Assembly: GCF_001194135.2 (NCBI RefSeq) | Contig: NC_068984.1 | Span: 61,510,863 to 61,574,862, forward strand | Reading direction: 5' to 3' | Length of the DNA: 64,000 nt | DNA from: Octopus bimaculoides | Lineage: Eukaryota | Shown here: one piece after another, positions 1 through 12,290 of the stretch | Layout: each line of letters opens with the position of its first letter | Numbering within the stretch: the first letter of the stretch is position 1 | Made by a program: the position numbers and the translations under genes | Notes under the pieces: generated by a model | The model's input: the letters and a program-made list of their open reading frames with translations, nothing else | Databases searched by the model: none | Told to the model about the DNA's origin: nothing

Positions 1-780
1 AGTAAACGCTACAAAACTGCAGTATTTTGTTCAGGTTAAACCCTTTTTAAGACGTCTCTATTTAAAAACACAACCAATTTGAAAGCTACGCAAAAACAAA
101 TCGATGCGGAATGGAAGGAGAAGCAGAGCATGAGTTATCGATATTGCAACGTCATTTCCCCTCCTCAGTGTCACACATTCCTTCAACTTTGAAACGATGC
201 ACCTCGGCCATCTGAAGGTGTGTATACAAATAACGCAAAACACATTGGCTAGTGTGTAAAAGCGTCGCACAAGGAAAGCAAAATTCAAATCTTGTTCGAA
301 GCAGCTCAATAAGAAATACATCAATATCACGTATTTAATGTATGTGTGTTGTCAAAAGCGGCAGTATTTAAATACCGATGGAAACTCCTTTAGATACGTA
401 TAATGTTTGAAATTTCGAGGAGTGTGTGGCTCTGAAGATAGAGATGGACAGCGTAACATCGATAACTGTCACTTTCTTTCACTTCCGGGGCAATGTCTTT
501 TTTAATTTCAGATAAACTGGTTCATTTTTGAAGGGTTCTCTCCTGCACGAAGTACTGTGCATTTGCAGTGTTTGTTAACACATACATTACGTATGAGATA
601 TTGATAATTTTTACTATGGTTAAGAAGGATTGTTTACTCTGTTGTTGTGCATGGACAATCGAACTCTAATGGAGTCATTCCTGAGTGTGACCTACCGTTG
701 GTTTGAAATTCATTCATAATGGATATCTTTCATGACAAGATAGATCAGTTATCCTTGAGAGAGACAGTGCAGCGTATTAC

Positions 781-843
781 ATATATGCATTCATACATGC
801 ATACATATATACAAACATACATACATACATACACACATACATG

Positions 844-917
<74 letters not shown>
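781..917. repeat. compound microsatellite (TACA)n-(CA)n-(TA)n
   Basis: Directly visible; source of spurious ORFs 719..991 and 745..936. Confidence 0.95.
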
Positions 918-919
<2 letters not shown>

Positions 920-1586
920 AGTAAAAATAAATACAAAAAAGGTGGGGTTTTTTGTATGATTGTGTATAGAGGAATATATTATTTTGCTTAAAAGAGTTAT
1001 GTTTTATTTATATTCCTGCAGAACTAATGTGGGGTATAGAATATGGAATATACAATATATAATATGATATACAATATACAATATAAAATAAAATAAAATA
1101 AAAATGGATGGCACNNNNNNNNNNNNNNNNNNNNNNNNNNNNNNNNNNNNNNNNNNNNNNNNNNNNNNNNNNNNNNNNNNNNNNNNNNNNNNNNNNNNNN
1201 NNNNNNNNNNNNNNNNNNNNNNNNNNNNNNNNNNNNNNNNNNNNNNNNNNNNNNNNNNNNNNNNNNNNNNNNNNNNNNNNNNNNNNNNNNNNNNNNNNNN
1301 NNNNNNNNNNNNNNNNNNNNNNNNNNNNNNNNNNNNNNNNNNNNNNNNNNNNNNNNNNNNNNNNNNNNNNNNNNNNNNNNNNNNNNNNNNNNNNNNNNNN
1401 NNNNNNNNNNNNNNNNNNNNNNNNNNNNNNNNNNNNNNNNNNNNNNNNNNNNNNNNNNNNNNNNNNNNNNNNNNNNNNNNNNNNNNNNNNNNNNNNNNNN
1501 NNNNNNNNNNNTGATATCTGAGAGATTTTTTGTGTTTTGGTTACAGGGATAAGATTTTTAAACCCCAAGTAAGATGGATTTAATCA

Positions 1587-1830
1587 TTGTTTGTTAAGAG
1601 TGGGTTTGAATTTCTTAATAAAGTCCTTTTCTTTGCATTTTCTTTCAATTTCATTCCGGTTATAAAGTTTATGGAATGGAAATATAATAAAAGTTTGATG
1701 ACCACATATTGCTAGATGGTTACTCAGTGGTATTTGGCGGACTTCTGGGTTTTTAATCTGTTGTCGATGTACCCGTGAGCGTTCCGATAGTGCATTACCT
1801 GTCTGGCCACTTCGGTATTTCCCACTCACA
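1587..1830 (-). mobile_element. Penelope-like retroelement, C-terminal GIY-YIG endonuclease fragment
   Basis: Minus frame reads GQTGNALSERSRVHRQQIKNPEVRQIPLSNHLAICG...FIIFPFHKL...ERKCKEKDFIKKFKPTLN*. This matches the second half of PLE GIY-YIG domains (Y-I-G-Q-T, R-x3-H, terminal E...P-x-L-N). 5' part missing. Confidence 0.75.
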
Positions 1831-2254
1831 ACGGCTAAAGAGCTAGAAACGCGTCTGAGAAGCTGAGAGGGGGTAGCACTGGACAGATATGGTGTTTTTA
1901 TACCTTTTACCACAAGAGAGGGAATTTTTCTTCACGGTAACTGCAGTGAATTTGCCTAGATGTTGACATATGCCACAAACATATTTTAACTAACCCTAAA
2001 GTCCGCTTATTCCTAAACACTGCTGGCACTGTTATTACTGTTATATATATATATATATATATATCGTTGTTTGCACCATCTACATTGAGATAGAGAATGA
2101 ATATTCCCATATGTGTAGGTCTAGATAAGTTCAGACGCAAAATATGCTGAGTGCTATCATATTGATGCGCGGCATTCTGTGACACCAGTGCCTGAAGTAA
2201 CTTTGAGACAAGCCAAAGCCGTTGTCTGTTTCATGCTTTCACTGCACAGAATTA

Positions 2255-2257
2255 TAC

Positions 2258-2305
<48 letters not shown>

Positions 2306-2356
2306 ACACATATACACACACACACACACATACACACACACACACACTCTCTCTCT

Positions 2357-2401
<45 letters not shown>
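2255..2401. repeat. (CA)n microsatellite with CT/TA interruptions
   Basis: Directly visible. Confidence 0.95.
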
Positions 2402-2403
<2 letters not shown>

Positions 2404-3489
2404 TATTATATACTATATATACATTATATAAAGTATATGTGTATGCTGTAGAAGAAAACCAAAGCAGTTTTAACAATTATATGCTCGCATATAATGTACA
2501 ATTCTTGAAATAATCTTGTGAAAATTCTCTTCCTTTTCGAAGTGTATAAATTTAGACTAATTACTGAACGAGAATGCTCTAATATAAATCGGATATTAAT
2601 TTCACAAAAATATCTACAATTTGAAATTGCTTGTTGTAATTTTCTATTAGGAAAAAGAATGGAAAAGGAACAATGCTCTCTCAAAATTTATATATTATCT
2701 GCTATAGATGGATCAGGAAAATAATAAGAATACATATTTGTATTAACATTAGGAGTATTTCCCGGAAATGCATTTGTTTTCCAAGATAGTGTATTTTATA
2801 TCATGCGTTGTGGAACTAAAATGATTAAATTATTACACTGCAAGTAGTCTTTGCATCCTCCTGGAATGATACTTTGCTTCGAACATTACGAAATAGAGCA
2901 TTCACAAGAATAACTTAATATTCTTAATATACACTGCACGTAAGTTGTTATTTAGAAATAAATTATTTAACAATTTCCCGTAGGACTTCAGCAATAATAA
3001 CTAAATGACATGCAAGCTGCAGATGTTCAATGTAAAACTTTAATGTGATGTGAAGTATAAACCTATTTCTATTTATTATTTCAACTGAGAAATATTCAGA
3101 GTGAAATTTGCGAAGATTGCGAAAATTATAGTTGAGAAATGCTATTAAGTAACTTATATATGTTTACGTGATCAAATGTTTCTATATTTTCTGCCCTGCC
3201 TGAAATAGAAAAAACAGTGCCCATGAACTTTTTGGAGGATTAGAAACTAGTAACGTTGCATTTTATTTACAGTTTGGTTAAAACTTTCAGTAGATACTCT
3301 GCAACTTTCTGCAACGACAAAATTTATATTGCGTTTCAGATTAGTATGGATTTATCCCTCATATATATTGTAATTGCCTTATCAAAGTCCCTTAATTATT
3401 TCATTATCTAATGCATAGTAACCATCACATAGAATAATTTTACAAGAGGTAAATACATGTTTAAATAAATATTATTTATCATGCCTTAC

Positions 3490-5360
3490 ATATATATAAT
3501 ATAAAAGTCAATGTGTGTGTGTTCGTATATTACAGACTCGAAAACTACTCGACCGATCCTAATGAAATTTGGAACAAAAAATCCAAGCCTAGGTAGAAGA
3601 GTAATGCTCCCACCCGTGAAAGTTCATATGCTTCCGATTTTGATGAAATTTGAACCATATGTATTAGAAATCAAAAATACACAAAATTTCGATTTCTTTA
3701 GATGATTCTAAAACCCCCAAAAGGGGGCTTAATCTCCAAATTTTAGTCATTTTTCATGGACCAAAATTACTGAATGGATATTTGGAACTTACATTCAATG
3801 CATAAGGGCGGGTATAATGCCGTATGTTTAGTTTGAATTTCAGGGAGCTTAAAGGGGGCAGAACCTTCATGAAAATTCATAAATTTCCTATGTTAATGAA
3901 ATTTCGACCATAGGTAATTGACACAAATCAAGAAGTATTCTCAAAGTTTGCGTTTCTCGTGAGGATTCTAAGACCCTTAATTGGGACTTATCTCACCAAA
4001 TTTTAGTCCTCTTTTATGATTCAAAACAAGGTTAAAAGTAGTGAATGGATCTTTATGAAATTGGGAAATTATATTCTGTGCATAAGGACGGATGTAATGC
4101 AGTTTGAAAGTGAGGGGGCATAAATGAGGCCATAACCCCTCTGAAAATTCATATAATTTTGCTGTTGATGAAATTTTAACCATAGATATTAGACACAAAT
4201 GAAGTAATATTCGTAAAATTTCAACTTCTTAGTAGGTCAGTAAGACCCCTTAATTGGGGCTTAACCTCCGCAATTTAGTCATTTTTCCTAAGCCAAGACG
4301 AATACAATTGTTGTCTTGAAAGCTGTAGAGTCACCCGAGGATACAAGAACGTTAATTATAATTCAATGGTACAACAGTGTAAGAGTTTGCTTTGAGATAT
4401 ACTTAGATCGTAATTTCTGCAATTTGGTGCATAAACTAAATAGTATAGGAGAGGCATCTTTGCATCCACTGATTCAGTTGAAAAGTATTGTTTGGAGTAA
4501 AGTTATTTGATTGCAAACCTCTTTTGGGTCATTTTATTATCACTGAGTCAGAGATAGTTCCCAGTTAGTAACATTGATTTCAAGACCTTTCAAGATAAGT
4601 GATTGGTCATTCAAAGTGATTTATAGATTGCAAATTTATTCTGTTCAGTTACCTATCGGTATAGTGATCATTGGCAAACACAAGAGATGACACTTTCCGT
4701 TCTCCTTAGCTCTCACGTCACACAGTTGTTAATGTTTATTTGAGTTGGGTCACGCCCTTCCAATTGCTATAGATCTGTAATGCATCTTACGGCTGTGCCG
4801 GTCAACTGTATGGTGAGGAATCCTTACATTTGGGGAGTAGTAACGAATAGAGAAGCGTTGCTGACTACTTGTTGCGACCATTTGCCTTTTGGTTTCCTCT
4901 AGTTTTGCTCTCTTTTACAAACCCAGTGAAGGTTCATATATTTCCGATTTCAAAAAAACTTGAACAATAGATATAAATTAAAAAAGATACCCAACAATTC
5001 AACTTCTCTGGTTGACTTGAAGGCTCCATAATAGGGGCCTTAACTCTCACATTTTAGAGCTCCATGTACTCTATGTGCTCCATTTTTCAGGGACAAAAAC
5101 CTTTGAATAGGTTTTAGAAGATCTGGATTTTGGAATCTGGGCATAAGAATGAGTAGTATGGGATAAATATGTCATGAGTAGAATTTGTGTCGGGGTGTGT
5201 AAAGCTGGAAAGAACCCCAGACTTAAAATTTTTAATCTCCAAATTTGATGAAATTCAATTCATAGGTATTCCATTTCACTGGAGAAAATATAACAGAAAA
5301 GTTTAATTCTTCATTTCTATATGTCAATACGTCATGGGCAACGCCGGGTATCTCTGCTAG
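3490..5360 (+). mobile_element. non-autonomous Helitron-like element with internal ~260-272 bp tandem repeats
   Basis: 3' end GGGCAACGCCGGGTATCTCTG-CTAG followed by T (subterminal hairpin plus CTRR|T). 5' region TATATAATATAAAAGTCAATGTGTGTGTG...CCGATCCTAATGAAATTTGG is typical of Helitron-N elements. Repeat units start near 3709, 3969, 4241 and 5019. The 5' TC is not clearly preserved. Confidence 0.75.
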
Positions 5361-5387
5361 TAGCTATAGATATATGTATATAGAAAG

Positions 5388-5829
5388 GTACATGGACTAA
5401 TGGTTTGGGTGTGGCACTCACCATCGCCAGATCATGATTTCTGTTCCTAGACCGGGGAATGTCTTGTGTTCTTGAACAAATCACTTCATCTTACAATACT
5501 CTGCGATCACTTCGACAGCTGATGCTTAGTATAAAGTGCACTTATTCAGACAACGCCAAAAGTAAACAAATCATTTGTGGAGGTCATTCGGCAAAGCTGA
5601 AAGTTCATAGGTCGTCTTCGACGGGAGACTGTCATATATATATAATGAGGGTAGAAAGTTTTGGTGTTTTTTTGCGTCCCCGTCACATTAGCGGTTCGGC
5701 TGAGACACCGATAGAATAAGTACTACACCTACAAAGAATAAGGCCTGAGGTCGATTTCCCGACTAAAGGTGGTGCTCAATTATGGCCACAGTCAAATGAC
5801 TGAAGCAAATTAAAGAATAAAAGAATATA
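5388..5829 (+). mobile_element. tRNA-headed SINE (family E here), degenerate; 3' end shared with family B
   Basis: Decayed tRNA-like head (...GATCATGATTTCTGTTCCTAGACCGGG), then GTGTTCTTGAACAAATCACTT, and 3' end GATAGAATAAGTAC...GGTCGATTTCCCGACTAAAGGTGGTGCTC...CAGTCAAATGACTGAAGCAAATTAAAGAATAAAAGA matching family B tails. Confidence 0.65.
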
Positions 5830-5907
5830 CCGGTGGCTAACATGCGTAATAAAGTCAATAGACAACATATGTTCATATATAATAGTGTAAAAACAATTTA
5901 CGTATTA

Positions 5908-5912
<5 letters not shown>

Positions 5913-5950
<38 letters not shown>

Positions 5951-6277
5951 NNNNNNNNNNNNNNNNNNNNNNNNNNNNNNNNNNNNNNNNNNNNNNNNNN
6001 NNNNNNNNNNNNNNNNNNNNNNNNNNNNNNNNNNNNNNNNNNNNNNNNNNNNNNNNNNNNNNNNNNNNNNNNNNNNNNNNNNNNNNNNNNNNNNNNNNNN
6101 NNNNNNNNNNNNNNNNNNNNNNNNNNNNNNNNNNNNNNNNNNNNNNNNNNNNNNNNNNNNNNNNNNNNNNNNNNNNNNNNNNNNNNNNNNNNNNNNNNNN
6201 NNNNNNNNNNNNNNNNNNNNNNNNNNNNNNNNNNNNNNNNNNNNNNNNNNNNNNNNNGTGTGTGTGTGTGACAGAGC

Positions 6278-6310
<33 letters not shown>

Positions 6311-6697
6311 TGAGAGAGAGAGAGAGAGAGAAAGAGAGATTGAGAGAGAAATATATATCGTCCATCATTGAAAATAATTAGTACACTTGTCCTTTGAGTG
6401 ATGCCTTTGAAACGTTAATGTTTTTGTATTCAATGACTCCTGCCGTGAATACATATGAACGTCTATGATTCAAGTTCGTCTCATATAATGACTACTATTT
6501 GAATGGTTAGGATAAAGATTTTCCCAAACAAATCTCTAAAGTTAAGTCATAAAAATTGCATAGTTTAGTTTGTGGTTATTTTTCAGTAGATTAAATGCAC
6601 TAATCGCTAAATCGTATTTAAATAATAATATCTTAATATATTAAAGAGAGCAACCAAGAACATTCATAATACATACATACATACACACACACTCACG

Positions 6698-6745
<48 letters not shown>

Positions 6746-6854
6746 AATATACATATACGTGCATATATATATGCATGTATATACATATGGGTACATACAC
6801 ACACACGCACGCACACACACACATATATATATACATACACATACATATATTTAT

Positions 6855-6904
<50 letters not shown>

Positions 6905-7050
6905 TATATAATTATACATGCACTGATACATACATACACTCACACACTCATATATGTTTTTATATGTATATATAGATATATAAATATATAAAAATATATA
7001 TAAAGGAATATATAAATATATAGATAGATAAATTAAATTAAAGCAGTAAG

Positions 7051-7092
<42 letters not shown>
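5913..7092. repeat. microsatellite cluster (TA)n, (GA)n, (CA)n, (TACA)n around gap 5951-6257
   Basis: Directly visible. Confidence 0.9.
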
Positions 7093-7096
<4 letters not shown>

Positions 7097-8739
7097 TGTA
7101 GACAGAAAGATTATGTGTGTGTGAGAAAGAGAGGGAGGGAGACAGCATTTTGACCCGATATAACCTTTTATTAAAATGAATATATGTATAAATGTGTTTC
7201 TGTATCTATACTCGCATATATACATATAATTTTGCTTGCTGAATCATATTTAAATCACAATACCTTATTGATTATGGTTGCTGAATTCATCTTCGTAGGA
7301 TATCAACTTAAAGCGATTAAAAGATAAAATAATTATATCTATAGTTTCATGCTAATCTTTCAAATATGAATACAATACAAACATCAAAATACACAAACAT
7401 ATATAAAATAAAATATGAAATGCAACATAGAATTAGATTTTAGATGTTAACGGTTCATTACGTTGTTCAATTAGCGGTAGAAATTCATTTAAAATGTTGT
7501 TTTACAAGATTTTCAGTTATTCACGTAGAACAAAGCGGATGCATTCTATTACTATAATGCTGTACATGTTTCAAAGGAAACAACATAATCAATGAATTGG
7601 ATGGTTAACTGGTATTTGATTGCTACGTCATTTCTGGGTGCGGTAGAAAAAAGAAAATAAGTGGATAGTTTTTTTCCTACTGCAACATCTAATTTATTGA
7701 ATTTCTCGGATTTGACCAAAGGTTTAAGAATTTAGATTTGTTTGGTCATATCCTAAATGAGTTGAGAAAATTTTCTATACTAATTTCGGTACGAAACACC
7801 ATTAAAGTTATTTAATAAGTTATTTGCCTTAATTTTTGTAATATTGAATATTAATTTGTTCTATTATTTAAAAAAAAAATACAAAACAGGGTTATAAATT
7901 TAGGAAATGTGTGTGTAATCGATAGAATACTTGACATGTCTGGTATTATTTTATAAACTCAATCAATTCGAGTAGACTGTAAGTTAATGTCGCAAGAAAT
8001 GTTGTAGCCCACTCGTCTGATGCTCTCATAATTATTATTAAATAAGAAGTAGAAAACAGAACAGTTACAAGGCATAGTATTTTCTTACAAACACTACGAA
8101 AATAATAATGACATTAGCTTTTACATTTCCTTCCATATAATATTTTCAAGACCTATTTGTGAAATATATACTCTTTCCCAAATATATTTGAATAATGTGG
8201 CGTCAGTATGATATCTAATGCAGAATAAAGTGTTCTACACATCATATTTTATCACAAACACTTCGCTTTTCGGTCTAAAAGCAAGGCATAAACTATTTAA
8301 TGCTTCAGTGAAAAAATGCTGCATTATAAAAAGTCTTTATTTTGTTATTGTAATCTTCAAATCAACCCACGCGTCTCATATTCACCAAAAACTTTTATTA
8401 TCTGCTACCTTGGCCTTTCAGTAGTATATTTTCATACAATTTTTTATATGAACACCTTTAATAAAGTTTATTTTAATTTACTCGTAGGTAATATAAATTA
8501 AATTACCAACTTTAATGAATATTTATGCTTGAATATCTTAGATCCTCAGGGAATAATGCTGCGAATATTTGTAAATATTCCAGTTAATGTACATATAATT
8601 AAAGAAAGCCTTGTCGATTTCTAAAGTATGGGTAGTGCTGTTTTTAAACCTTTGAATTCAAGTCTGGTGTATATCATTTTTAATATTCGCGAAAACAATG
8701 AGATGTTATAGATGTCAGCGTCACATTAATTTCCATATA

Positions 8740-9619
8740 CGTAGTCTGATCAATAAGTATCCTGACTGTTGTCATAGTAACGAAGCTAAAGGACGCTTGG
8801 CACAGATTGACCATAAACTCCACTGTGCATGTGTGCTGAGTTTTAAGGTTCAAGCCCACTTCCGCTGTTTACAACTGTGCTTAGAAGAAAGGTGTGTAGC
8901 GTGTGATTGTCGCATTGATCATGACAGAGAAAGTTCAGAAGAGAATCTGCATCAAATTTTGCCAAAAGCTTAGCAATACCTGCTCATAGGCCTACGCAAT
9001 GTTTTCAAAAAGTTTTCATAATTCTCGACACAATAAAGGAGATCTTGTGCAACTGGAACCCGAGTATCCTTTTGGCCAGTTGAAAGCAGTTTTGACACAA
9101 ACTTGGCAGACACGCGTCTCATACCCAAATCGTCAGTGATAATGGGCTGAACTGAACCGTAAATAATCTGCCCATCGTCTGATAACTCATGGATGGTGAT
9201 TCGACGATTTCTTCTCACAGCTGCACGCACATCTGCAATATTTTTCTCAGCTCTGCTGGTTGCAGGTCTCTCAGAACGTTCATCAATATAGACATTTTTT
9301 CATTCATCTTGGAAACGTCTGAACTACTCGTACACTTTTGTGCGGCTCATACACTCCTCTCCATAAACTTTCTGGAAATTTGCGTAGGCCTCTGAGCAGA
9401 TATCGTCATCACAACTTTCTGTCATGGTTAATGCAACGATCACACGCTACACAAATGTCTTCCAAATACTACTGGAAACAGCGGATGTGAACTAGAACGT
9501 TAAGACTTAATGAGCAGGCTCAGCGGAGTTTATTGTCAATCTTTGCCAAGCAGCTTTACTCCGAGTGATTTAGGGTCGTTACTATGGCAACAGTCCCGAT
9601 ATTTATTGATCAGATCTCG
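8740..9619. mobile_element. non-autonomous mariner derivative made of two inverted 5' ends
   Basis: TA at 8738-39 and 9620-21. TIR CGTAGTCTGATCAATAAGTATCCTGACTGTTGTCATAGTAACGA is mirrored at the right end. Plus arm reads MTEKVQKRICIKFCQKLSNTCS*AYAM. Minus arm reads MTES...CSEAYANFQKVYGEECMSRTKVYE...RRITIHELSDDGQIIYGSVQPIITDDLGMRRVSAKFVSKLL...ENFLKT (HTH and WVPHEL-like linker). No catalytic domain. Confidence 0.9.
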
Positions 9620-9960
9620 TAATAAGCTAATTCAGCCATACAAAACACAATTTGCATGCTAAAAAAAAATATATAATTGTGAGTGATTCGTCAAGCTTCG
9701 GAATGAATTACTTCAACCGAATATACTCATGTGTTTTAGTAACAATCAAAACAAAACTGCAAATGTTTCTCTTATGATATATTCATATAGTGCTGTCATT
9801 CCATGCTACTTGGTAGTAAATGGAAAATTCAAATTAGTGGTTGTTACTCTCGCAAATGTTTGAACGAATATTAATGGGTGAACGTATAACCAAGGTGCGG
9901 ATATATGCGACCCTTCAAATTTTGAAGATATTGGCAATTTAATTGAATCAGTTCTTTGAC

Positions 9961-10370
9961 GTGTTTCAGCCATTAGATTGCGGTCATGCTGGGTCAGGTG
10001 TTTCATGAAATTTGGTCGAACGAATCAATCCTATCATAATTTTCTTTAAGCCTGGTAACTGTTGTTTTGGTGGCACGGGCCGAACACCTAGGTTATGGAA
10101 ACGTAAAGACACCAACACCGGTTGTCAAATGGTGAGAGACCAAGAGAGAACAGCCAAAAACACAGACACAGACACAGACACACACAGACACAGACGCACA
10201 CACACACACACACACACGTAAAAGCAACGGACTTCTTTCAGTTACCGTCTAACAAACCATTCACAAGGCTATAGTGAAAGACACTTGTTCAGGGTACCAG
10301 GAACCTGGACTGAACAGAGAACCATAGAGTTGGGAAGCAAACTCCTTACCGTACAGCTTCGCCTACGCCT
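9961..10370 (-). mobile_element. SINE family B (tRNA-like head, conserved central domain, internal CA microsatellite), near full length
   Basis: Head AGGCGTAGGCGAAGCTGTACGGTAAGG and tail CCCAGCATGACCGCAATCTAATGGCTGAAAC on the minus strand; homologous to copies at 13777, 37667, 41912 and 53674. Confidence 0.85.
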
Positions 10371-10584
10371 GATATCTAATTTAAATTAATACAATGCAGC
10401 TATATTGGCTTTAGTTTGTTCGTGCTGCAGTTGCGCTATCTCATTGCGCGGTTGAAATAGAGTGCAATCATGTATGTGAATGTGGTAATGTGATGCATAA
10501 CTAGAATGAAAGTGGTTGAACAAAGAAATGAAATTCAAAGCTGGCAACTTCTTTGTCAGCAGAATAAAGCAATAAGCAAGTATA

Positions 10585-10797
10585 CATACATACATACACA
10601 CATACATACATACATACATGCATACATACATACATACATGCATGCATACATACACACTCACATACACATAGATACACACACATATACGACTGTCTTTTTC
10701 AGCTTCCATCTACCAAATCCACTCACAATGCTTTGGTCAGCCTGAGGCTATAGTAGAAGACATTTGCTTAAGGGGCCACACAGCCACTCCTGCGCCT
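10585..10797 (-). mobile_element. SINE family B 5' half plus its (TACA)n tract
   Basis: CAGCTTCCATCTACCAAATCCACTCACAATGCTTTGGTCAGCCTGAGGCTATAGTAGAAGAC...CAGCCACTCCTGCGCCT matches the family B central domain and head, with an internal deletion. Confidence 0.8.
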
Positions 10798-10826
10798 GTG
10801 AAAAGAAGTCTCTTGTCAGAAGTGGG

Positions 10827-12289
10827 ATATATATATATATATCCATATATCCAGGCCTATTCCCCATTTATTTAGGAAGGGTACCCACAACAAGACATAC
10901 ACCAGGCATACCATTCATTTCCCTGCTCAAAAGGTGAGCCCCGTTCTATGATCGGGTCAAGGCATAGAACGTAACCCCTAATATCAGCAGCAGCGCCCGA
11001 CTACATATGCTGGTTTACCTCCGCCGCATCATGCTGATTCCGTACCTCTTTGAGCAACATCAAGTTTATACATCCGTCCACAAACACTCTCCAAACTTTT
11101 CTATCATTATAAACTCTCTTGCCCCTCTCACTCCAACACTTCTAACCACCAAAGCTTTCCTCACTCCATCCATCCACATAAACGAGGTTTGCCTCTGGTT
11201 CTGCTACCTACTACTTCTGCCTTCATCACCCTCGTTACCACCCGCTCCTCATCCATCCTCTCCATGTGGCCAAACCACCTCAAAGTTCGTCTATCGATTT
11301 TGGTTGTTATTTTGGTTTTTTCCTTCATTCCTTCTCGCCTTCGCACTTTCTCATTCTTCATTCTGTCCCTCATTTGTCACACCAAACATAGCCCTCAGGC
11401 ATCTTATCTCAAACTCAACTAGTCGCCTCCTTTCTGCCTCTCTCAGCCCCCACTTTTCACGCCCTCATACACACCTCTTTTCATTTTCATATTCAACCTA
11501 TTATCTCTCAGCATACATTTCACAACTCCACGTATCTTACTTCCCTCCCTCATGTTGTTTCCCACTCCCTCAGCCAAACCCATCCGTCGTCACATGTGAT
11601 CCCAGATACTTAAAAACACTCACCTCCTCTAACATCTCATCATTTATACTCACATTCATCCTACCAGCCATTCCATCTCTCGAACATCGCATCATATTAC
11701 TCTTAGCCACATTCACTTTCAGTTCCCTCCTCTCACACACTCTTCCAAGCTCTACCACCAGTCTTCTCAGTTGTTCTTCCGAATCCGCCACCAGTGCTGA
11801 ATCATCAGCAAACAACAACTGACTCACCTGCCATTTCTTTCCATTTTCTCCCACAATTTGGGCTACCAAAGTTTCTAGCTTTCATCTTTCGCACCACACC
11901 AACCATATATAAATTAAACAGCCACGGAGACATCACACAACCCTGTTTTAAACCCACCTTCACATCAAACTATTCACTTTCTTCACCACCTACCCTAACG
12001 CATGCCCTATTTTCTCTATAAAAACCCTGTACAGCTCCCAACAATCTACCATCCGCTCTATATAACCGCAACACCTGACACATGGCACCCCTATCCACAC
12101 AATCATATGCCTTTTCTAGGTCCATAAAGGCCCAATACACCACCCTCCCTTTTGCCAAATTTTTCTCACACATCTGCCTTACTATAAATATAAGATATGC
12201 ACACCGCCTTTCACACCTAAAACCACAATGCTCCTCCCCTAGTACACTCTGTCTGATTCCTCACCTTTACAGTCAGAATTCTCTCATCT
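10827..12289 (-). mobile_element. RTE-clade LINE, 5'-truncated and frameshifted (RT domain, C-terminus, 3' UTR)
   Basis: Minus frames: GEEHCGFR...FMDLEKAYDCVDR; GLKQGCVMSPWLFNLYM; QLLFADDSALVADSEEQLRRLV (YADD-equivalent FADD); FKYLGS; LRWFGHMERMDEERV...GSRTRGKPR. Stops and frameshifts between blocks; (AT)n at the 3' end 10827-10842. Confidence 0.93.
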
Positions 12290-12290
12290 A

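Noticed and set aside
34-590. Possible spliced exons 34-217 and 512-590 (MHLGHLK-INWFIFEGFSPARS...)
   Set aside because: Weak GTGTGT donor, unrecognisable peptide and no independent support.
3709-4300. CRISPR-like or satellite array
   Set aside because: Units are 260-272 bp degenerate tandem repeats inside a Helitron, with no short repeat-spacer structure; eukaryotic context.
11007-11822. 271-aa plus-strand ORF
   Set aside because: Antisense shadow of the purine-rich RTE reverse transcriptase region.
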